Positions 1 through 8,381 of a stretch of DNA of 64,000 bases are shown one piece after another. The position numbers and the translations under genes are program-made. The stretch spans positions 743 to 64,742 of the forward strand of contig NZ_JBEBUX010000005.1 in NCBI RefSeq assembly GCF_040393045.1. Reading direction: 5' to 3'. Positions within the stretch are counted from its first letter, which is position 1; each line of letters begins with the position of its first letter. Under the pieces are notes generated by a model. That model ran no database searches, was not told where the DNA came from, and saw only the letters and a list, made by a program, of their open reading frames with translations. The stretch is from Pollutimonas bauzanensis. Lineage in GTDB: Bacteria > Pseudomonadota > Gammaproteobacteria > Burkholderiales > Burkholderiaceae_B.

Positions 1-339
1 AGGTGCGCCCAGAATGACGGTTTCACCGGTGTCTTTCTGGATTTGGTCCATCAATGCAATGACGGTGCCATTGCTGAAAAGTTCACCCATGATCCAGCTT
101 CCCAACATGGCAACACGTAAGGAAGGTGAGTACGTCTTGCTTTCTGGGTCGAACGTAATGTAATTGCTGGCGCTCAAGCTTCTGAGTAGCGCAAGTACGC
201 TGGACATCGGGTAGCCGAGCTCTGATGCTATCTCGGTCAGATTCAACGGTTTTTGACGTAGCGCGAAGAGCTCGAGTATGGCAACAACTCTGTCTGCCGA
301 TTTTACGGTTGCTACTTTTGTCGGACTGGGCGAAGGCAT
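1..339 (-). CDS. IclR-family transcriptional regulator, N-terminal 113 codons (gene continues past the left edge)
   Basis: Own reverse-strand translation from ATG at 339: MPSPSPTKVATVKSADRVVAILELFALRQKPLNLTEIASELGYPMSSVLALLRSLSASNYITFDPESKTYSPSLRVAMLGSWIMGELFSNGTVIALMDQIQKDTGETVILGAP. This is an IclR-type winged-helix HTH plus the start of the effector domain. The frame stays open to base 1, so it is absent from the ORF track. It replaces the listed 83..481 ORF, which is another frame of the same strand. Confidence 0.8.
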   Translation of the reverse strand, partial: MPSPSPTKVATVKSADRVVAILELFALRQKPLNLTEIASELGYPMSSVLALLRSLSASNYITFDPESKTYSPSLRVAMLGSWIMGELFSNGTVIALMDQIQKDTGETVILGAP

Positions 340-449
340 TGAGGCTGGTTTCCGCGTGACAATTCAAGGCTGCAGGCATCATACACGCCTCCTGGCTCTC
401 GCGAGAAAGCCAGGATTTCATCATGACAGGGCCAGCGATGGCTGAAATA

Positions 450-1430
450 CTACATCTTTTGCAGGTTAGAGCTTTTGGCAACCCGCTTCCACATATCCAT
501 TTCTTTCACAGCCCTGTTTTTGGTTTCCGGACCGCTGCGCCAATCCACGATATCGCCTTGGTGCTCGACCTTGGAAATCATGGAGGGATCGGACATAACA
601 GCCTTAACGGCTGCCTGTATCTTTTTCTCGATATCTAACGGCAAACCGGCGGGTGCGACCAACGCGGTCCAAACCATAGCGTTCTCGGAAAATTCCTTCA
701 GGGCCGGATTTAGCTCAGACACAAGAGGCAAGTCGGGAAGCTGTTTAATTCGCGTCACACCAGTGGCCGCAAGGGGTTTGAACTTTCCCGCTTCGATGAG
801 CGGCACCGAGAACGAAGGCGCGAATGTGCCTAGATTCAACCGGCCGGCGAATAAGTCGCTGACCGTATCCGAATTGCCTTTGTAGCGTACCGGCAGCATA
901 TCTATTTTCAATGAGTCGGTAAACAATGCGCCAGCCACGAGCGAAACGTTACCTACGACGGCATAAGACACGCTCCCCGCTTCCTTGCGACTATCCTTAA
1001 TAAAATCGTCCAGGGTCTCGCGTTTTTCATTTTTTCCTGTGACGAAAACATACGGATACGCGCTCATGGAGGCGATATAAGAGAACTCCTTTAGCGTGTC
1101 AATCGGATACTGCGCGTCAATTGCCGGTGCAATGCTCAATAGCCCATTGGTGGTAAAGAACAATGTATAGCCGTCTGGCTTGCTTGCAACCACTTCGCGC
1201 GCAGCGATGAGGTTATCGCCACCCGCCTTGTTCAGAACAGTCACGACCTGTCCAAGCGTGCTTCCCAGCCGCTCAGCCAGCAATCGTGCCATCGCGTCTG
1301 TCGGTCCGCCTGCCGAAAACGGCACAATCATTTTGATTGGCCTGTCAGGGTAATTGCTGGCCAAAGCAGGATGAATGAATGCCACTAGCGTAGCAGTGGA
1401 AAAGAATGCGTTTCTAATCAAACGTTTCAT
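450..1430 (-). CDS. Bug-family (TctC-like) periplasmic solute-binding receptor of a tripartite tricarboxylate-type transporter
   Basis: ORF 450..1508 trimmed to ATG 1430, which is preceded by GAGGAG. Signal peptide MKRLIRNAFFSTATLVAFIHPALA. YPDRPIKMIVPFSAGGPTD motif typical of Bug/TctC receptors. Confidence 0.85.
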   Translation of the reverse strand: MKRLIRNAFFSTATLVAFIHPALASNYPDRPIKMIVPFSAGGPTDAMARLLAERLGSTLGQVVTVLNKAGGDNLIAAREVVASKPDGYTLFFTTNGLLSIAPAIDAQYPIDTLKEFSYIASMSAYPYVFVTGKNEKRETLDDFIKDSRKEAGSVSYAVVGNVSLVAGALFTDSLKIDMLPVRYKGNSDTVSDLFAGRLNLGTFAPSFSVPLIEAGKFKPLAATGVTRIKQLPDLPLVSELNPALKEFSENAMVWTALVAPAGLPLDIEKKIQAAVKAVMSDPSMISKVEHQGDIVDWRSGPETKNRAVKEMDMWKRVAKSSNLQKM

Positions 1431-1529
1431 GCGTGTCTCCTCGCTTTTCTTTCTGATAGATGTAAATACGTTAACGAAACCAAGTCCGCCACCTGTGTGC
1501 CAGAGCACTATGAGGCGGCCTATGGGATA

Positions 1530-2321
1530 TCAGATGCCCTTGAAAACCGGCTGGCGTTTCTCCTTGAATGCGCTCATCGCTTCTTGATGATCTTCGGTCG
1601 AGAACAGCACTGCCATGTGAGACGAAACCTGCTCCAGGTGGGTGGCAATGTCCATATTCAAACCCTGGAGCACCGCCTTTTTCATCATCCTGATAGCCAA
1701 CGGCGGCCCCGCCGCAATTTGCCTGGCCATTCGATAGGTTTCATCCATTAGTTGATCATCTGGCACCACCTTGTTGACAAGCCCGATACGTTCGGCTTCG
1801 TTTGCGTCGACAAACCGCGCTGTCCATAGCAGCTCAAGCGCCCGGGGCAGGCCAATAAGGCGCGGAAGATACCAGGCTCCGCCATCACCGGCCATGATGC
1901 CGATACGCACGTAGGTTTCCGCAAACCGTGCGCTTTGGGCGGCAATCCTGATATCGCCCATCAACGCCATATCCATCCCTGCACCAGTAGCCACGCCATT
2001 CACAGCTATTAATACTGGCTTATCCAGCGTCGACATAATCAGCGGTATCCGATGCACGCGGTCGGCAAGTGAATGCTTACGCATGATCGGCGTTTCAGCC
2101 TTTTTACGTTCGCTCATGCCGTTCACATCACCTCCGGAGCAGAAGGCGCGACCCGCGCCTGTCACAACAATGACCTTGACGTCACTATTTCGTTGAGACT
2201 CCATAAGGGCATCGGCCCAATCCTCCAGCATTTCCGTCGTAAATGCGTTGAGCTTATCCGGACGATTCAGGGTGATGGTGGCAATGCCCTCATCAATAGA
2301 AAAAAGTAATTCTTCACTCAT
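1530..2321 (-). CDS. Enoyl-CoA hydratase/isomerase (crotonase) family protein
   Basis: ORF 1530..2405 trimmed to ATG 2321 (MSEELLFSIDEG). ITLNRPDKLNAF and VVTGAGRAFCSGGD crotonase motifs. Confidence 0.85.
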   Translation of the reverse strand: MSEELLFSIDEGIATITLNRPDKLNAFTTEMLEDWADALMESQRNSDVKVIVVTGAGRAFCSGGDVNGMSERKKAETPIMRKHSLADRVHRIPLIMSTLDKPVLIAVNGVATGAGMDMALMGDIRIAAQSARFAETYVRIGIMAGDGGAWYLPRLIGLPRALELLWTARFVDANEAERIGLVNKVVPDDQLMDETYRMARQIAAGPPLAIRMMKKAVLQGLNMDIATHLEQVSSHMAVLFSTEDHQEAMSAFKEKRQPVFKGI

Positions 2322-2337
2322 TGATTTGTTCCTTGAC

Positions 2338-3420
2338 TTAAGAGAACGTATGCGCGGAAGGCGCCGTGACAAAGCTCCATAGTTCATTTTCCGACAGCGC
2401 CTCAAGCTGGGCGCCGAGCCAGGCGGCCCAATAACTCTCGGATCCGAACTCTTCTCGCCAGGACAACAACCGGCGGGTAGTCAGGTGCAGACTATGTTCG
2501 TGTGTAAAGCCCATCGCCCCATGCACTTGATGCGCGATAGCGCACGCCAAGGATGCGGCCTCGCTGCACCTGATCTTGGCCATGGCGACCTCTGCAAATG
2601 CAACGTTGGAAGCACTTGCGTGAGAAGCCGCATCGGCGGCGGCGGTGGCGCTAGCCACCTGGGCAGCCATTTCTGCAATCTGATGCTGAATCACCTGAAA
2701 CTTGGCAATGGGCCGCCCGAACTGTTCTCGTTCTTTTGCATAGCCAATCGTCATTTCGAGCGCCCTTTGTAAAGCGCCGGTCATTTGCATGCATCTGAAG
2801 AGAGCGCCCTCGAAAAGAAGGCGGCCCTGTTCCTGAATGGCGGGACGCACACATTCCTCAGCAATATGGACTTTTTCATACTCCAAGGTGTCACGGGGTT
2901 CCCCGGCAAGATTGGATTGTTGACGGTTTACTTTGCCCTTAGGAAGCAGCACGAGAACAGGTCCGTCTTGAGTGCTGGCTGATACGACAACCCCCTCACA
3001 ATGCCTGCCCCAGGCCACTCGGGCGACCGAACCATTCACGATGTAGCCGCCGGCAGCCGAGCGGTCCAATTTAATTGCAGGGTCTGTCGCAAGAATGCTT
3101 ACGCCCAGCGGCACGTTCTCATCGAACGGTATGCCGTGACGCATAAGCGCACGTTGTGCCAAATAGGTTTCGACCAGTGGCAGCGGTACATTGAAGCGGC
3201 CCGCCTGGCGTGCCAGCATGCTTAAAGAGGACAACGGCAGGCCTTGCTCTCCGGGTTCGGTTTCCATGACAGCAGCCGAAACCAGGCCGATATCCCCCAT
3301 ACTTGCCCAAGCTTCAGACAGCCAATGCCCCTCTTCCACACAATCAAGCGTTTCCCTCGTGCACAGGTCAAGAAAATACCGCTCCGCGCTATCGTTTAGC
3401 ATTTGATCTATGTCGTTCAT
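2338..3420 (-). CDS. Acyl-CoA dehydrogenase-family protein, probable partner (non-canonical) subunit
   Basis: C-terminal ACAD helices (GYAKEREQFGRPIAKFQVIQHQIAEM, VHGAMGFTHEH). No S/TExxxGSD flavin motif in the middle domain. Its ATG overlaps the stop of the upstream ACAD gene (ATGA). Confidence 0.75.
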   Translation of the reverse strand: MNDIDQMLNDSAERYFLDLCTRETLDCVEEGHWLSEAWASMGDIGLVSAAVMETEPGEQGLPLSSLSMLARQAGRFNVPLPLVETYLAQRALMRHGIPFDENVPLGVSILATDPAIKLDRSAAGGYIVNGSVARVAWGRHCEGVVVSASTQDGPVLVLLPKGKVNRQQSNLAGEPRDTLEYEKVHIAEECVRPAIQEQGRLLFEGALFRCMQMTGALQRALEMTIGYAKEREQFGRPIAKFQVIQHQIAEMAAQVASATAAADAASHASASNVAFAEVAMAKIRCSEAASLACAIAHQVHGAMGFTHEHSLHLTTRRLLSWREEFGSESYWAAWLGAQLEALSENELWSFVTAPSAHTFS

Positions 3421-4574
3421 CGCAACTCCAGCCCTTTTGCAATAATCCCCCGCAGGATTTCCTTGGTGCCGCCTCGTATCGAATACGCCGGGGCATATAA
3501 GGTCGAGTATCTGAGCGCCTCATTGAAAGGATCATTCTCGGGAAATGTTGAGCGCAACTCTTCGGGGAATAATGTGCGGGCTGCCTCGGGTATGTCTTGC
3601 TCAAAACAAGTACCCAGATCCTTGACCAGTGCCGCTTCGGTGTGTGGCGTAATTCCGTTTTCCAACATTCCTGCGATCGAGCAGGACATCTGATGCATCG
3701 TCCACAGACGCGCTACTAGGCGGGCAACGGTATCCCGCCTCGTTTCAGAGGGAAATTTTTTGAGTTTTCCAGTCATGCCGGACAGCACATGGTATGTGCT
3801 CATCCATCGATCAGGGCCGCTGCGCTCATATACGAGTTCATTCGTGACTTGCTGCCAACCGTTGCCGATGGTGCCTATCACCATGTCATCAGGAACAAAC
3901 ACATCCTCGAAAATGACTTCATTGAAATCGTGCTCGCCTGCCAGGTTGATTATCGGACGCACTGTAATTCCGGACCAAGAAAGATCGACCAAGAACTGGC
4001 TCACGCCCTCCCGCCGAGACTCTCCGCGCGGACCAGTGCGGGCGAAGAGAATCATCATGTGCACGCGGTGCGCATTACTTGTCCATAATTTGCTGCCGGT
4101 AACACGCCAGCCCCCGTCCACCTTGGTCGCTTTCATGCGGATGGATGCGAGATCGGAGCCGGAGTCTGCTTCACTCATGCCGATACAGAAATAGCACTCC
4201 CCTTTTGCAATTTCAGGTAAGAACTTTTCGCGTTGTGCCTTGGTGCCAAACTTCAGCAACAAGGGGCCGCTTTGTCGATCGGCCACCCAGTGCGCGCGAA
4301 CTGGCGCACCGGCTGCCAACAATTCTTCGGTAACGACGAATCGCTCTATGGCGCTACGTTCGTGACCACCGTACTCACGGGGCCACGTCATTCCTATCCA
4401 GCCTTTGCGGCCAAGCGCACGACTGAAATCGGAACTGGGTTCTGCCCAGCCGTATGGCCCCGGCTTGATGCGCCCAGCGCTTTTCTCTTCTTCTATGAAT
4501 GCCCTGACTTGTCGCCTGAGATCCAGTAGCTCTGGGGCTTCGTCATATATTAAGAATTTTATTAGTTCGGTCAT
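3417..4574 (-). CDS. Acyl-CoA dehydrogenase
   Basis: GMSEADSGSDLASIRMKA flavin/substrate motif, LWTSNAH, C-terminal IRGGTKEIL. AAGGAG precedes ATG 4574. Confidence 0.85.
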   Translation of the reverse strand: MTELIKFLIYDEAPELLDLRRQVRAFIEEEKSAGRIKPGPYGWAEPSSDFSRALGRKGWIGMTWPREYGGHERSAIERFVVTEELLAAGAPVRAHWVADRQSGPLLLKFGTKAQREKFLPEIAKGECYFCIGMSEADSGSDLASIRMKATKVDGGWRVTGSKLWTSNAHRVHMMILFARTGPRGESRREGVSQFLVDLSWSGITVRPIINLAGEHDFNEVIFEDVFVPDDMVIGTIGNGWQQVTNELVYERSGPDRWMSTYHVLSGMTGKLKKFPSETRRDTVARLVARLWTMHQMSCSIAGMLENGITPHTEAALVKDLGTCFEQDIPEAARTLFPEELRSTFPENDPFNEALRYSTLYAPAYSIRGGTKEILRGIIAKGLELR

Positions 4575-4621
4575 GCGCCCTCACTCCTTTGAGATGGGGC
4601 GAATGGTAGCGTAAACGCTGC

Positions 4622-4657
4622 ATATGAATAAACTATTTATTCATATAGGTGAATAAA
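4622..4657. promoter_or_regulatory. Candidate operator in the divergent ACAD / CoA-transferase control region
   Basis: Perfect 11-bp inverted repeat ATATGAATAAA-cta-TTTATTCATAT (4622..4646), plus a third half-site GTGAATAAA at 4649..4657. It lies 48-83 bp upstream of ACAD ATG 4574. Confidence 0.45.
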
Positions 4658-4838
4658 AATATCGTGCAAAGCATGTATATGAAACTTATTTGTCCTATAT
4701 ATCTATTGAGGTCAGATACTTTTAATCCGCGGCTTTTGTTTTTCAATGGGTTTGCGCAGTAACATTTTCAACATTACCCGAGTAAATAATACATATATAC
4801 TATTTAAAACCATGTACATATTAATTTCGGAGAAGACA

Positions 4839-6044
4839 GTGCAAGCCAATGCGAACAATGATGAAAGCCTGGAAGCCGCCAAGCGCCAACCAACATGCAA
4901 AGGTCCCCTGGATGGCATCCGCGTAGTGGATTTGACTTCGGTGGTGCTGGGCCCTATCGCAACCCAGCTATTCGCGGACTTCGGCGCCGACGTAATAAAG
5001 GTCGAGGGGCCCGCTGGTGACATCATTCGTTCCAATGGAGCATCACGTACTAAGGGTATGGGGTCAATCTACCTATCGCTGAATCGGAACAAACGTTCAA
5101 TCGTGCTTGATCTCAAAAACGAAAAAGATAAAGCGATTTTGCGTGAGCTGATCGGCAAAGCCGATGTACTCGTGCACAATATGCGCGTCAAGGCCATTGA
5201 GAAACTGGGCTTTGGATACGAGACTGCCAAACAACTGAACCCCGCCCTTGTTTATTGCGTAGCAACAGGATTCGGTCAGGATGGCCCCGATAAAGACAAA
5301 CCAGCATTCGACGACATCATCCAGGCCTCATGCGGCTTTGTCGGCATCAGTTCCCTGGGTAAGGAAGCGCCGGAATACTCTCCGAACCTGATCGCCGACA
5401 AAACTGTCGGCCTGTATATGGCAAACGCGGTCATGGCCGCACTGGTTCACCGTGGACGTAGTGGCAAAGGCCAATACGTAGAAGTGCCCATGCTTGAGAC
5501 CATGGCGTCCTTCGTGCTGGCTGAACATATGGCAGGACTCTCATTCCCAGACAGCAATGAACCTGCCGGTTATAAACGAATCATTAACGGCGGCCGCCGG
5601 CCATACAAGACTAAAGATGGCTGGATTGGTGTTCTGCCCTATACGGAAAAGCATTGGCGCGCATTTTTCAGCGCGGTGGACAAGGCTGAACTGATTGAAA
5701 CGTTCGACATTGCAGACAGAGCGAAGCGCAATGCACGCATCCAGGAAATTTATGCAGCGCTGGCTTCCATCACCCCCTTGAAAACCACAGCCGAATGGGT
5801 CGGTGTCTGCACGGATTTAGACATCCCTGTAACCCGTATCTATAGCCTGGACGACCTGCCGGATCATCCGCATTTGAAAGCAGTGGGGTTCTTCGAAGAA
5901 AGCGACCACCCCTCTGTGGGGCAAATTCGACAAGTCAGACCCGTTACGCGTTTCAGTGAAACGCCACTTTCCATATACAGGCACGCACCTGAGCTGGGTG
6001 AAAATACACAAGAGATTCTAGAGGAGCTTGGGCGCTGTATATGA
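4839..6044 (+). CDS. Family III CoA-transferase (CaiB/BaiF type)
   Basis: PLDGIRVVDLTSVVLGPIATQLFADFGADVIKVE N-terminal signature. The ORF opens at 4746, but GGAGA followed by GTG at 4839 is the best-supported start; ATG 4812 is an alternative. Confidence 0.8.
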   Translation: MQANANNDESLEAAKRQPTCKGPLDGIRVVDLTSVVLGPIATQLFADFGADVIKVEGPAGDIIRSNGASRTKGMGSIYLSLNRNKRSIVLDLKNEKDKAILRELIGKADVLVHNMRVKAIEKLGFGYETAKQLNPALVYCVATGFGQDGPDKDKPAFDDIIQASCGFVGISSLGKEAPEYSPNLIADKTVGLYMANAVMAALVHRGRSGKGQYVEVPMLETMASFVLAEHMAGLSFPDSNEPAGYKRIINGGRRPYKTKDGWIGVLPYTEKHWRAFFSAVDKAELIETFDIADRAKRNARIQEIYAALASITPLKTTAEWVGVCTDLDIPVTRIYSLDDLPDHPHLKAVGFFEESDHPSVGQIRQVRPVTRFSETPLSIYRHAPELGENTQEILEELGRCI

Positions 6045-6808
6045 GCGACTCAGTAATCAAAACAGCTGCCAGGGTCTTTGAGGTCTTGGAATACATGCGG
6101 AGCATGCGACGCAGTACCACCGTTCGCGAGATCTCGGAGGAACTCGGCTATCCGTTATCTAGTGCGCAAATGCTGCTCAAAAGCATCGCACAGCTCGGGT
6201 ATTTGCGATACGACGCACGCAGGCGCGCCTATCTGGCAACGCCAAGGCTGGCACTGCTCGGTGATTGGGTACTAGAAGGGATGGCAATGATGGGGGTCAA
6301 TTCGCAAACGCTTGAAGAGATCGTCAAGGAAACAGGCTTGACCGCCATACTGGGAGTAGAAAATGATATCTATGTTCAGTACACCCATGTTGCCATAGCC
6401 GGACGCGGCCCCGCCCAATACAGGGTTCAACCCGGAACGCGCCGCCTGCTATGTATGTCCAGCCTCGGCTGGGCTTTGCTGTCAAAAGAAAGCCGAGATC
6501 ATGTAAGCCGGATTGTGAGCCGCACCAACAGCCGCTTGAGCGGCACCGGGCAAGACGTTTCGCTTCTCGAAGTCGAGACCCATATACATCAGGCCGCCAC
6601 GCACGGCTATGCCTATTCACAAGGAGTCACGAACCCCGACAGGGCGATGATCAGTGTCGTGACGAAAGCGGACGAGGCAGGCATGCGCTACGCAGTCGGG
6701 ATCAGCGGGGCTCTGGAAGAAATCAGCTCGCGACAGGATGAAATTGTCAGCCTCCTCAAAGCACGCATCGTCGCCCCCGAAGACGAGGGCCGCGGACTTA
6801 AAGCGTAG
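6041..6808 (+). CDS. IclR-family transcriptional regulator
   Basis: N-terminal HTH (AARVFEVLEYMRSMRRSTTVREISEELGYPLSSAQMLLKSI) and an IclR-sized effector domain. Its ATG overlaps the CoA-transferase stop (ATGA). Confidence 0.85.
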   Translation: MSDSVIKTAARVFEVLEYMRSMRRSTTVREISEELGYPLSSAQMLLKSIAQLGYLRYDARRRAYLATPRLALLGDWVLEGMAMMGVNSQTLEEIVKETGLTAILGVENDIYVQYTHVAIAGRGPAQYRVQPGTRRLLCMSSLGWALLSKESRDHVSRIVSRTNSRLSGTGQDVSLLEVETHIHQAATHGYAYSQGVTNPDRAMISVVTKADEAGMRYAVGISGALEEISSRQDEIVSLLKARIVAPEDEGRGLKA

Positions 6809-6830
6809 GAGAGCCGGCTTCGCATGCGTG

Positions 6831-8381
6831 CTACGTCTTTTCCGTCTCGGCTGTTTTCCAAAGGTCCACCAGCTTCAATCTTTGCACCTTCCCTGACGGC
6901 CCCTTGGGCAGCTCGTCTACGATGCGGATCTCCCGAGGCGCCTTGTAGCGGCCCAAGGCTTCACGACAATGGGCCAGCAGAGCTTGCGCATCGACTTGAA
7001 AGCCGGGCTTGAGCGTAACGGCGGCATAGATTTCCTGGCCGTAGTCGGCATCCGGCAGCCCCACTGCAGCGGCCTCCAGGACAGCAGCATGGGCGAGCAA
7101 GACTTCATCAATCTCACGCGGTGCGATGTTCTCGCCGCCCTTGATGATCAATTCCTTGATACGGCCGGTGATGATGAAATAGCCCTCGCCGTCGCGATAG
7201 CCCAAATCGCCGGTGCGTAACCAGCCCTCGGCATCGAAAGCTTTAGCTGTTTCTGCCGGATTATCGAAATAGGCCTGCATAACGTTGGGACCGCGTAGCG
7301 TCACCTCACCAATTTCCCCGTCTGCCGCCTGCCCGCCATCCTGCCCGATGATACGGGCTTCGACGCCGCAAGGCAGTCCTGGCGAACCATAGCGTCGGCC
7401 GTCCAGGTCTTGCGGGTTGCAGAAGATGACTGAGGCAGTTTCGGTCATGCCCATGGCTTCGATAATAGGAATTCCGAAGCGGCGCTCGAAAGCCTGATGG
7501 TGCTCGACAGGCAGCGGTGCGGAAGCCGATCGGCCAAACTTCACGCTGGAATGCAAACCATCGGAAGCATCGGGTTCGGCGTTGAGCAAATAGGCAATGA
7601 TGGTGGGAACCATGTTCAGCCAGGTGCACTGATAGCGGTCAACCATTTCCCACCAGCGGCTGGCGCTGAAACGACGCGGCATGACGATGCTGCCGCCCGA
7701 GACGAAGGGAGTCAGGGTGGCAATGACCTGGCCGTTAATATGATAGAGCGGCAAAGCAGACAAAACCCTGTCGCCCGGCCCCAGGCCATGCCAGCCAGCC
7801 ACCGAGCGCGCGCCATGCAACAAATTCGCATGGCTCAGCGGCACGCCCTTTGGTGTGCCGGTCGTTCCCGAGGTATACATCAGCAAGGCCATGTCATCCG
7901 GACCCGGCACTTTAGGAGTAGCAAGAGGTGGACCGTCCAAGGCAAACTGGTCCGCATCCGGATCGACCTCGATCACTCCAAGAAGGCCGCGGTCACTTGC
8001 TATTTCAGGCAGCACCTTGTGCACTGAGGCGGACAGTTCCGCACAAGTCACCACGACACGCGCGCCGCTATGGCGCAGGCAGTGCAGCAACTGTGATGGT
8101 GTGGCCAGCAGATTCAGAGGCACGATGACATGACCGCTGGCCATAGCGGCAAGGAAAATCAGGCCGGCCTGCATACCATTGGGCAAAAGCATGGCAATGC
8201 GGTCACCCGCTTGCAAGCCGTGGCCCGCTGCCCATCGCGCGAAGCGTTCGGTTTGCAGTGCCAGCTCGCCGTAGCTCAGCCGGACATCGGTTTCCGGAGC
8301 AATCAGCAGCAGTGCTTGCGCCTGTCCTTCCACGTGTGCATGCAACAGCTCATGCAACGTCTGAGCAGTGTTTTGCGTCAT
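6831..8381 (-). CDS. AMP-dependent acyl-CoA synthetase/ligase
   Basis: LMYTSGTTGTPKGV AMP-binding motif, GYRDGEGYFIITGRIKELIIKGGENI, C-terminal PKGPSGKVQR. Confidence 0.9.
   Translation of the reverse strand: MTQNTAQTLHELLHAHVEGQAQALLLIAPETDVRLSYGELALQTERFARWAAGHGLQAGDRIAMLLPNGMQAGLIFLAAMASGHVIVPLNLLATPSQLLHCLRHSGARVVVTCAELSASVHKVLPEIASDRGLLGVIEVDPDADQFALDGPPLATPKVPGPDDMALLMYTSGTTGTPKGVPLSHANLLHGARSVAGWHGLGPGDRVLSALPLYHINGQVIATLTPFVSGGSIVMPRRFSASRWWEMVDRYQCTWLNMVPTIIAYLLNAEPDASDGLHSSVKFGRSASAPLPVEHHQAFERRFGIPIIEAMGMTETASVIFCNPQDLDGRRYGSPGLPCGVEARIIGQDGGQAADGEIGEVTLRGPNVMQAYFDNPAETAKAFDAEGWLRTGDLGYRDGEGYFIITGRIKELIIKGGENIAPREIDEVLLAHAAVLEAAAVGLPDADYGQEIYAAVTLKPGFQVDAQALLAHCREALGRYKAPREIRIVDELPKGPSGKVQRLKLVDLWKTAETEKT

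Noticed and set aside
83-481. 132-aa ORF on the minus strand at the left edge
   Set aside because: The translation has no recognisable features. Another frame of the same strand encodes a clear IclR N-terminus (1..339), so this ORF is a frame artefact.
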